A stretch of 64,000 nucleotides of DNA from an uncultured delta proteobacterium (GTDB lineage Bacteria; Desulfobacterota; Zymogenia; Zymogenales; Zymogenaceae), in assembly GCA_963735595.1 (NCBI GenBank), contig CAVTLK010000002.1, forward strand, positions 608,001 to 672,000, in the 5' to 3' direction. A program made the position numbers and the translations under genes. Under the pieces are notes generated by a model. The model did no database searches. It was not told the origin of the DNA and was given only the letters and a program-made list of their open reading frames with translations. Numbering within the stretch: position 1 is the stretch's first letter; each line of letters opens with the position of its first letter. This document shows positions 40,954 through 49,299 of the stretch, piece by piece.

Positions 40954-42362
40954 ATGGATCAGAAGCTCTCCGAGACGCTCCATGCCCTCTTTTACCCGAC
41001 CAACGCGGCCGTCGTGGGCGCGTCGACCAATCCAATCAAGCTCGGCTTCCAGGCGCTGCTCGCCCTCAAGACGGGGGGGATGGCCGGTAAGATCTTCCCC
41101 ATCTCGCCGTCGCTCAAGGGCCAAACGGTGCTGGACCTGCCCGGCTACGGGGCCATCGAGGATATCCCGGAGCCGGCCCAGCTCTTCGTGCTGGCGGTCC
41201 CGCACGACCGCATCGAGGGGGCGCTCGTCGCCGCGGCAGACCAAGGGCGCGCGCGGCGCGGTGATCTTTGCCGGGGGGTTCCGCGAGGTCGGGGGGGAGG
41301 GCGCGGCGCTACAGGCCCGGATAAAGGAGACGGCCGACCGGCTGGGCATAAAAATCATCGGGCCCAACTGCGTGGGGGCGCTCAACCTCCCCTACGGGCT
41401 CAACGCGACGTTCGGCTCGCCCCTCTCGCAAATGAAGCGGGGGCGGGTATCGGTAGTCTCCCAGAGCGGGGGGACGGGCTCGGCCATCCTCACGACGATG
41501 ATGGATAACAACGTGGGCGTGTCCAAGTTCGTCTCCATCGGCAACCGCGTGAACCTCGATTTCCCCGACCTGATCGAATACCTGGCCGAGGATGCCGATA
41601 CCGACGTGATCTGCCTCTTTATCGAAGGGATGGACGACGGACGGCGCTTCCTCGAAGCGGCGCGCCGGGCGTCGGCCAAGAAGCCGATCATCGCCTACCA
41701 GGCGGGCTTCACCGAGACGACCCGGCGGCTGGCGCTCTCCCACACCGGCTCGATGAGCGCGTCGCGCGACATATACGCGGCGGCCTTCCGGCAGGCCGGC
41801 GTGCTGTTCGTTGCCGACTACGAGGAGCTGGTGGATACGGCCAAGGCCGTCTCGATGCTGCCGCCTATTGCGGGTGAGGGCGTGGCGATCTTCACCCACA
41901 CGGCCGGGCCCGGCCCTGATCGTTACCCAGACCGTGGAGGAGGCCGGCGGCAGGCTCCCGGACTATACGCCGGAGAACAAAAAGAAGATCGTCGAATTTG
42001 CGCCGCAGTTCACGGTGCCCGCCAACCCGCTGGACATGTTCGCCCACGCCTGGTTTGACACGTCGATGTACCTCAAGGGGGCCGAGCTCGCTCTTTCCCA
42101 GCCCGACATTCACCTGGCCTGCGCCTGCTACAGCTCGGGGATAGACGTGGGGATCGAGTTTCCCTCAGGCGCGTTTGCCGAGATCGCCAAACGGCACGGC
42201 AAGCCCGCCGTCGTCTGCCTGATGGCGACGCACTCCGGCAGCGGGGCGACCGAGCTTGCCAACGCGGACGCCGCCGGCGTCCCCACGTTCAACAGCCCCC
42301 ACAAGGCGGGCAAGGCCATCGCCAACCTGATACGGCTGCGGCGCCTGCGGCAGGGGAGGTGA
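40954..42362 (+). CDS. Acyl/acetate--CoA ligase (ADP-forming) alpha-subunit family (apparent frameshifts)
   Basis: VVGAS, GGFRE, IGPNCVG, SQSGG, SIGN, SHTGS (phospho-His) and NPLD. Confidence 0.85.
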
Positions 42363-42424
42363 TACGCACTGCCCGTTCTTCGTCGAAGGGGCGTGCTCCG
42401 GGAGATTATAAGGGGGTCAACGAC

Positions 42425-42796
42425 ATGAAGAATAGAACCCGCGTCCTTGGTCTTGTGATCGCGGTCCTGGGCGGTATCGGAGCGGTCGGCGCCGCCTACA
42501 ACGTCGCCGCCGCTTTCGGCTCCCGGCCCCAGGAGCCGATGCTCGCGGCCGTCACGATTGCCGTGCTGGCGCTGTGCGTCATACTGCTTGTCTGGGGGAT
42601 CGTGCTCCGGAAAGGCAGCAAGCGGGCGTGGTGGGTCCTCGCGGCCGCGCTTGTTGCCCTTCCCGCTGTGGTCATCGTCAGCGATTTTCTCCGTACGGAC
42701 GACGTGCTGTTGTCCGACGTCTTGCTCGTGGTGCTGTGCCTTGTACTGTTCTTCCTGCTCGTCTCGGACCCGCCAAAGAAGTGGCGGGTGACGTGA
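42425..42796 (+). CDS. Hypothetical 4-TM membrane protein
   Basis: Four hydrophobic segments; AGGGGG RBS-like site. Confidence 0.6.
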   Translation: MKNRTRVLGLVIAVLGGIGAVGAAYNVAAAFGSRPQEPMLAAVTIAVLALCVILLVWGIVLRKGSKRAWWVLAAALVALPAVVIVSDFLRTDDVLLSDVLLVVLCLVLFFLLVSDPPKKWRVT

Positions 42797-42870
42797 GATA
42801 AGACTCCGTAGAACCGCGGCGTGGACGGCCCGGGGGGACTCTGCTTCATCGTGTCCGTATCCAACCCCGG

Positions 42871-42907
42871 CACGGGCGACCTGCGGTCGTCCGTGGCACC
42901 CGACGCC
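42871..42907. repeat. Family C palindromic repeat (CACGG-palindrome-CCGTGGCACCC)
   Basis: Related copies at 46568-46604 and 48840-48873, and inverted near 16886-16917. Confidence 0.75.
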
Positions 42908-43078
42908 GGAATCAACGATCCCGTCCTTTTTACCCGTCCCGTACACCTCCAACCGCCTCCCGTGTGCGAATTTTAATTGCTTTTTTCGCGGTTATCCGAT
43001 ACGCTATGGCTCATCCGCTCAAAAAATTTCCGCATAACTTCCCGCACTGATTCTACTGTCTATAGAAGAGGTGACGCC

Positions 43079-43696
43079 ATGGAAGACCGGTTAATCAGCA
43101 ACATGACCTTTCGCGTGGTGCTGTTGGGCATCCAGGACATCATCGGGCAAAACGGCCTCAACACGATCCTCAACCACGCGAACCTCAAGAACTATCTCGA
43201 CAACCTCCCCCCCAACGACCACGAGAAGGGCAAATGCCGCGTCTCCGAGGTAGCGGCGGTAGACCGGGACGTGGCCTATATCTTCGGCGACAACGGCAGC
43301 GCGGCGATCCTCTTCCAGGTGGGCAGGATGCAGGCCAAGTGGGGCTTAGAGGAAAACCCGGATACGGTGACGGCCGCCCGGAGCCTGCTGGCGGGAAAGA
43401 GCGAGTTCGAGACGGCAAAGACGGCGCTGGAACTGGCGGCGGGCGTCGTGGCCGCCGAGACGCAGAGCAAGGCGTGGGTCGAGGTCGACGGCGGGGATAT
43501 CCTCTACCACATCGACGAAAACACGCACTCCTTCGGAATCACGAGCGACAACCCCGTCTGCCACGTCACCTCCGGGTTCGTGACGGGCATCGTGCAGTGG
43601 GCCACGGGAAAGACGGACTGGATCGGGAAGGAGGAGCGGTGCATGGCGCAGGGCGCGCCCCACTGCACGCACAGGGTGAAGAAGGGAAAGGAGTAG
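43079..43696 (+). CDS. Stand-alone V4R (4-vinyl reductase) domain protein
   Basis: IGQNGLNTILNHANL...LPP N-terminus; PVCHVTSGFVTG...EERCMAQGAPHC metal-site pattern. Confidence 0.8.
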   Translation: MEDRLISNMTFRVVLLGIQDIIGQNGLNTILNHANLKNYLDNLPPNDHEKGKCRVSEVAAVDRDVAYIFGDNGSAAILFQVGRMQAKWGLEENPDTVTAARSLLAGKSEFETAKTALELAAGVVAAETQSKAWVEVDGGDILYHIDENTHSFGITSDNPVCHVTSGFVTGIVQWATGKTDWIGKEERCMAQGAPHCTHRVKKGKE

Positions 43697-43703
43697 GGGA
43701 GAG

Positions 43704-44261
43704 GTGACACGATTACGGGAGAGGGACATGATAGTACAGGCAGACGCGAGAGAAGGCTACATCGAGCTTCCCAACAGCGGGAGGCAGAACTGCTTCGGGT
43801 GCAGCCCGAAGAACGCCTCGGGGCTCAAGATGACGTTCTACACCAACCGGAGCGTGGATGCGGTGGTCTCCTGGTTTTCGGTGCCCCCGCAGTTCTGCGG
43901 CTGGGGCACCCTGGTCCACGGGGGGATTATCTCGACCATGCTGGACGAGGCGATGGGCTGGGGGGCGCTGGTGATTTTAGGCAGGCTCGTGCTCTCCAAA
44001 ACGATCTCGGTGGAGTTCATCAGCCCGGTGCTCGCGGGGGCCGAGATACGGGTGGAGGGCAGCGTGCGCGACGTCGTCAGCGACAGGAAGGGCGTGATGC
44101 AGGGGTTCATCTACAGCAACAAGGATGTGCTCTGTGCGCGGGCGACCAGCGACGTGTCACTCTTTACGATGGACTATATCAGGAAGATGGGGGCGCTGGA
44201 CGAGGCGGTGCTCGGGGATTTGGAGACGCTGGTGAATTTCAGGGAGACGGTGGGGGAGTAG
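43704..44261 (+). CDS. PaaI family (hotdog-fold) thioesterase
   Basis: CFGCSPKNASGL and HGGIISTMLDEAMG. Confidence 0.9.
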   Translation: MTRLRERDMIVQADAREGYIELPNSGRQNCFGCSPKNASGLKMTFYTNRSVDAVVSWFSVPPQFCGWGTLVHGGIISTMLDEAMGWGALVILGRLVLSKTISVEFISPVLAGAEIRVEGSVRDVVSDRKGVMQGFIYSNKDVLCARATSDVSLFTMDYIRKMGALDEAVLGDLETLVNFRETVGE

Positions 44262-44311
44262 GGGATAAACAGGAAACTGTCCTTTTTGTTGTACCGGAGT
44301 TAGTTAAGATT

Positions 44312-45367
44312 ATGACGTTCAAATGGATAGGAGCACCTGAAAAGGCTTATTACGTTCCGACCGAGGACCCAGTTTACGAAATTTGGCACGAATTAAGCTT
44401 TATTCTGAAGTATAACAAGTTTCTTAAGAAGCATAATTCGTCGTTTACAGACGATAGGCTCAACTTTATCATCGGTTCTTTTACTCAAGCCTTGGAATAT
44501 AAAGAAGCAGCTAATAGGTCAACTGATCATACACGACCACTTCTTTTGTACTACTGCTTCATGAATCTAGTTAAGGCTGTACTTTATACTATAGAAGACG
44601 AAGCCGTGAATCCGTACCACGGACTTAAGAAACCCATAATAGATAGAGATAATCTCCTTAATTCGGAAGTTTCTGTTGACGAAGGTGTATTTTACAGCCT
44701 TGCAAAAAGCACTAATACCATATTGGAGAGAGATTCTAAGATTCGTATTTCGGAAGTGCTAAGTCGAATTGTAGAAATGAAAAAGACATACGAAATGTAT
44801 TATGAGCTACAGTCGAATGTCATATGGTTAGATCCGAAAATATCATCAGAAGGCGCTTTTAGTTTCACCATAAATAAGCAGCAGGTAAAAACTATTGATG
44901 ATTTTGCTGCTAAATGGGAAAATTATCTTCCTATTCTTAAGGATAAGTTTAGTCTAATAGATGATACTGATTTAGGATTTCGGTTCTCATTTAAGGATAA
45001 GTATTTTGAAGAGGTTAAAAAGAAGTCCGTCTCTAGGCCTGATATTGATGAGTTTATAAAAAGTACAGGGAGTGAGCTTTTTATGAGAGATAAATCATCA
45101 GGCCTTTTCAGAGCTCATATGATCATATATTCTAGGGAATACGCCTGGCCACAAGTCATGTTTTATTATGCGATGTTATATTTCCTAAGCATGATCGTTA
45201 GATATGATCCGGATATTTGGTATGAAAATGTAATCGATAAGGAAAAAGGTGAAATTTGGGTTATTTCGAAGTTTTGTAAACTCGCTGAAAGAGTTATGCC
45301 TAATCTGCTTCTGGATTTGTTATACGGAATGAACTTTGTTTATACGTCATATGCAGGAATACTCTAG
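44312..45367 (+). CDS. YaaC family protein (function unknown), AT-rich
   Basis: QALEYKEAA...RPLLLYYCFMNLVKA...HGL and C-terminal LYFLSMIVRYDPDIW; true start at ATG 44312 within ORF 43799-45367. Confidence 0.75.
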   Translation: MTFKWIGAPEKAYYVPTEDPVYEIWHELSFILKYNKFLKKHNSSFTDDRLNFIIGSFTQALEYKEAANRSTDHTRPLLLYYCFMNLVKAVLYTIEDEAVNPYHGLKKPIIDRDNLLNSEVSVDEGVFYSLAKSTNTILERDSKIRISEVLSRIVEMKKTYEMYYELQSNVIWLDPKISSEGAFSFTINKQQVKTIDDFAAKWENYLPILKDKFSLIDDTDLGFRFSFKDKYFEEVKKKSVSRPDIDEFIKSTGSELFMRDKSSGLFRAHMIIYSREYAWPQVMFYYAMLYFLSMIVRYDPDIWYENVIDKEKGEIWVISKFCKLAERVMPNLLLDLLYGMNFVYTSYAGIL

Positions 45368-45497
45368 TAGTGCCCTATTAAACAAATACAAAGGGGTCAA
45401 GTCTCCGTTTATCGCTTATTCCCAATAACCCGGAGCTAAAAAACTAATATATAATTAGAGTGTTCGCCCTGATTTACTCTATTAAAGAAGGTAGACT

Positions 45498-45983
45498 ATG
45501 ACTGAGAAGATAATTACTATTGACGACCTAAAAAAAGACCAGAAAGAGCAGCTTTTTAAGGCGTTGAGAAGGATGGGGAAGAGGTACCTTAAGTCAGCAT
45601 ATCGTGATGATTGGAGTTATGAAAACCCCGCGGACGGTTACTGCTACGTTATATCAGAAGTATTGTATAACTATAATTTATTCGGGATAGCCCCTGATGG
45701 TTGTAAACCATACTGCATCGTAGATAAGCCCATTCTCGGAATTTTTGGGGAGGACACGAGCCATTGGTTTATAAGAGATCCCCAAGGCTCTATTGTTGAC
45801 TTGACCGTATCAAAGAAGGACGATGTGCTTGATTACAATAAAGGCAAGCTGAAATCCTTTATGAAAGGAACACAGAAGGTATCGAAGAGGGGACGAATGC
45901 TGGCATATCTCTTGGGGTTGACCGATACGGTTGACCGGGATATTAGGAAGGATATTGACAGGATAGAGAAAAAGGTTTCATAA
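45498..45983 (+). CDS. Small YunG-like protein with a putative Cys-His-Asp triad, AT-rich
   Basis: WSYENPADGYCYVISE...SHWFI...IVDLT; AGAAGG RBS. Confidence 0.6.
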   Translation: MTEKIITIDDLKKDQKEQLFKALRRMGKRYLKSAYRDDWSYENPADGYCYVISEVLYNYNLFGIAPDGCKPYCIVDKPILGIFGEDTSHWFIRDPQGSIVDLTVSKKDDVLDYNKGKLKSFMKGTQKVSKRGRMLAYLLGLTDTVDRDIRKDIDRIEKKVS

Positions 45984-46001
45984 GAGGGTTATTCCTTTGG
46001 T

Positions 46002-46035
46002 GAAAAAAACCCACTCCCCTTTCGAGGAGTGGGAA
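46002..46035 (-). terminator. Intrinsic terminator between convergent genes
   Basis: A-run then CCCACTCC..GGAGTGGG hairpin. Confidence 0.7.
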
Positions 46036-46062
46036 ATCGGTTCACGTGTCAAACGCCCCGGA

Positions 46063-46230
46063 CTAAATGTTCAAAATTCCGAGGACCCTCAGCAGCCAGA
46101 GAATCAGCAAGATAATAACGACGATGTTGATGATCTGCTTGACTTTCTTTGGGATAGGGACGTAGGCGTTGACCAGCCAGAGAATAAGCACGACCACGAG
46201 CACGCTGATGATAATCGATAACCACGGCAT
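46063..46230 (-). CDS. Small 2-TM membrane protein (Thivi_2564-like), 55 aa
   Basis: Hand translation MPWLSIIISVLVVVLILWLVNAYVPIPKKVKQIINIVVIILLILWLLRVLGILNI; AAGGAGGTG RBS; below the ORF-track cutoff. Confidence 0.8.
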   Translation of the reverse strand: MPWLSIIISVLVVVLILWLVNAYVPIPKKVKQIINIVVIILLILWLLRVLGILNI

Positions 46231-46393
46231 ATCGTATCACCTCCTTTTTCGTGACGTTATGCGCACCGGTTTGCACCCGGAAGGCGGCGCTGTTTATTCA
46301 CGGTTCGGTATATATCCATAAATACTATACCCGTTTTCCGCCCGCGTCAAGGGGCGCGAAAATCCCCGTGATGCGATGCGTGATTCCCCATTC

Positions 46394-46656
46394 GTCATTG
46401 CGAGGAGGCTTTAGCCGACGCGGCAATCTCCTCGTTGCCAAAGGCGATAGAATCGTTAGTGCCTCCGGCGGTGAAGTAAGACGGACACCACATGTGGTGT
46501 CCCTACGGGTACTGAAACGAATCGTCCTTACACCTCGTAGGGGCACGACTTGTCGTGCCCGCGCACGCACGGGCAACCGGCGGTTGCCCGTGGCACCCGG
46601 CGCCGAGGACGGGTGAGATTACGATACGGAATTAAGTATGGTGTCCCCTTAATTCC
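46394..46656. repeat. Repeat mosaic: family A, family B doublet, family C and a GGAATTAAG...CTTAATTCC inverted repeat
   Basis: Units at 46394, 46482, 46536, 46568 and 46628. Confidence 0.85.
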
Positions 46657-46958
46657 TTAATCCAGTCAACTCTCGTATATCCACCCTTGCCATGCGTAAA
46701 TATCTCCATTTTCGACAATACCCCGTTTAGTCATAAAATTTAATGAACAAAGCCGCGGTTTGGTGTTGAATAGCTGTCCGAACATGTACTATAATACACT
46801 ATACAAAATCCACCCATCGAGAGGAGAAGGACACCGAAACCGGCCGGTTTTCGAAGCGCCGACGGGCGCTTCCGGGTGAGTTCTTAATCGATCTACCACT
46901 ACTAAATCTTTCTTGTTCTATCTGAATATGAAAACCTGTATAATTTGAGGAGGGAGAC

Positions 46959-47837
46959 GTGGCCGAACAAGAAAACACTCTCACGTGGGACCCGGAGAAG
47001 GGCTCGATACGCCTGACCCGCGGGGGGGAGATCCACCGGGCTTTTTTGATGCGGAAGGGGTTCATGGACTCTTTCTTCGACGAGATCCTCAAGGTCGAGG
47101 GGAAAGACGCCCTCTCGATGACGATCCGCAAGGTCCTCGAAAAAACGGGGGCGCTCACCGCCGACACCGAAAAGCCGACTGTCGAGACGCTGGCGAAACT
47201 GAGGGACGGTTTCGTGCTTCCCCTCTCCGTCGCCGGGAGCACTATCCCCGAACTCTTCACCCATCCCGACAATACGAGGGAATTCGTCCTGTTCGGGTCG
47301 TCGGTCTATTTCGTCGAGATGGTGCAGTTTGCCAACGTCTTCAAGGAGGTCACCGCCGATATCCTGACCCCCCGCGGGGCGCGGGCGATCATCAGGGCCG
47401 TCGGCAGGCGGGCGGGCATGACCGTGGGGGACGCCGCGCGGGCCAACTACAGCTGGACCGACATAGACAGCACGACGGCCGCCCTCGACCAGCAGGTGCG
47501 GTTCATCTTTCCCCTCATGGGGTGGGGAAATACCTCGGTGACCGCCACGAAGGGGGCCGACGGGAACTACCTGATGTTTTACCGGTGCATGAACACCTTT
47601 GAATCCGAAGGCGTCACGTCTCAACAGCCGACCTGCATCATATTCGCCTCGTTTTTGGAAGGGATCAGCGAAAGCATCGCCCTGGCGCTCACCGGGCAGG
47701 TCGCCGAGTGCCACGAGGTCAGGTGCGTCGCCATGGGACACCCGCACTGCGCCTTTGCCGTGAAGCTCAAGGAAAAGGGGAGCCCGCCCATAGACCGGGC
47801 GGAGCTGGAAGGGGAGTGGGCGGCCCTCGATACGTAG
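46959..47837 (+). CDS. V4R domain protein with a duplicated N-terminal module
   Basis: MGWG, TFESE, PTCIIFASFLEGI and ECHEVRCVAMGHPHCAF; GGAGG RBS and GTG start. Confidence 0.75.
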   Translation: MAEQENTLTWDPEKGSIRLTRGGEIHRAFLMRKGFMDSFFDEILKVEGKDALSMTIRKVLEKTGALTADTEKPTVETLAKLRDGFVLPLSVAGSTIPELFTHPDNTREFVLFGSSVYFVEMVQFANVFKEVTADILTPRGARAIIRAVGRRAGMTVGDAARANYSWTDIDSTTAALDQQVRFIFPLMGWGNTSVTATKGADGNYLMFYRCMNTFESEGVTSQQPTCIIFASFLEGISESIALALTGQVAECHEVRCVAMGHPHCAFAVKLKEKGSPPIDRAELEGEWAALDT

Positions 47838-47900
47838 CTGGTCTCCCGAGCGACGTAAAAGGGCGCCCGACAGGCGGTACCGCAGGCAGGGACCATATCA

Positions 47901-48086
47901 GTCGTTGCGAGGGAGCCCCGGCGACCGAAGCAATCTCCTCGTTGCCAAAGGCCAAAGAGTCGTTCATGCCTCCGGCGGCGTGGTTGCCACGGCTCCTGCG
48001 GGGCCTCGCAATGACAATAGTAATCGTCGCCAAGGGCGACATGGTTAAGCATTGCCGCGTCGGCCTATCGGCCTCCTCGCAATGAC
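47901..48086. repeat. Family A cluster (three units)
   Basis: 47901(+), 47983-48015(-) and 48051-48086(-). Confidence 0.85.
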
Positions 48087-48195
48087 GGGGGGGCGTTCAG
48101 CTGTGTTCTATGTCCTGCACAGTAGTCGCGCTACCGGCTGTAATTAGAAACCCGCGTTCACGGGTATAATTATCATCACGTAAGGGTTTTGTGAG

Positions 48196-48708
48196 ATGAA
48201 CGAGACAAAAACCTTCTCCTCCTTTCCCCTCCGGTACGTCGTCGCCTATAACGCCTTCTCCCTCTCGGTCTACGCCCTCGGCGTGGCGATCGTCGCGCCG
48301 GCGGGGTGGTGGGCCGTGGGGCTGTACGTCATCTTTTGCCTGGGGGTCGAGTTCAACGTCGTGCGGAGGAGCTGCGTCGACTGTTTCTACTACGGCACGA
48401 CCTGCGCCTCCGGCAAGGGGCGGCTCTGCGCCCGGCTCTTCACAAAGGGAGACCCCGCGCGTTTTGCCGCGCGCGAGATTTCGTGGACCGCCCTCATCCC
48501 CGACTTCCTGGTCTTCATCATCCCCGCCGTCGTGGGGGCCGTGCTGCTGGTGATCGATTTTACGTGGTGGCGGGCGGCGCTGGTCGGGGCGATCGTCGTC
48601 GTTTCCTTTGCCGGCAACGCCATCGTCCACACGGCGTTTGCCTGTAAGTATTGTAAACAGCGCGAGATCGGCTGCCCGGCGGAGAGGCTGTTTTCGAAGG
48701 AGAAATGA
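48196..48708 (+). CDS. Cys-rich 4-TM hypothetical membrane protein
   Basis: CVDCFYYGTTCASGKG and CKYCKQREIGCP motifs. Confidence 0.7.
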   Translation: MNETKTFSSFPLRYVVAYNAFSLSVYALGVAIVAPAGWWAVGLYVIFCLGVEFNVVRRSCVDCFYYGTTCASGKGRLCARLFTKGDPARFAAREISWTALIPDFLVFIIPAVVGAVLLVIDFTWWRAALVGAIVVVSFAGNAIVHTAFACKYCKQREIGCPAERLFSKEK

Positions 48709-48721
48709 AAACTACAGCGCG

Positions 48722-48990
48722 GCTTCCCGGTGACAGTCAGGGGATTGCCGCGTCGGCCTGCGGCCTCCTCGCAATGACAATATTAACTGCCGCCGGGGGC
48801 GGCGTTTTTAAGCGTTGTCGTGTCCGGCAGCCTGCTCCTCACGGACAACGAGGTTGTCCGTGGCACCCGACGCACCGTACCGACGGATTCACCACGAAGG
48901 CACGAAGGGGAAAGGACTCCGTCTTTGTGCCTTTGTGCCTTCGTGTAATTGTGGTGGAAAAGAAGCGCTCGTCGGTAGAGAAGGGCGGCT
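48722..48990. repeat. Repeat mosaic: families A, C and D
   Basis: A(-) at 48729-48778, C at 48840-48873, D at 48891-48990. Confidence 0.85.
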
Positions 48991-49299
48991 GGTTGCCGCG
49001 GCTCCCTGCACGTCGTACACCGGATCTTTGTTTCCGTTACGCCTTCCTTCCCTCCTCATATATCTCGTAGACGCACTCCTTGTCTCCACTGGCCTTGCAG
49101 CCGGCTTCCCCGCACCGGGCATTTTCGAACCCGGCCGCGCGCCGCTATTTGATTGAAAATCCGTCCCCGTAATGCTTTAATACTATCAGGGGGGAAACAG
49201 CGGGCGGGCAGAGAGGCGGCCCCCGCTCTCCCTCGGGACGCACGGAACGGAGCTATCGGGCCGACGGGGCCTTCACATCATCGCATCGGGTGGCCGATT

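Noticed and set aside
23280..42362. Programmed frameshifting or mass pseudogenisation
   Set aside because: There are many indels per gene, including in ddl, with no consistent slippery motif and otherwise intact motifs. Sequencing error is more parsimonious.
43799..44311. N-terminal 171 aa of the 522-aa ORF as part of the YaaC protein
   Set aside because: It is an alternative frame overlapping the PaaI gene. Composition changes near 44270, so the plausible start is ATG 44312.
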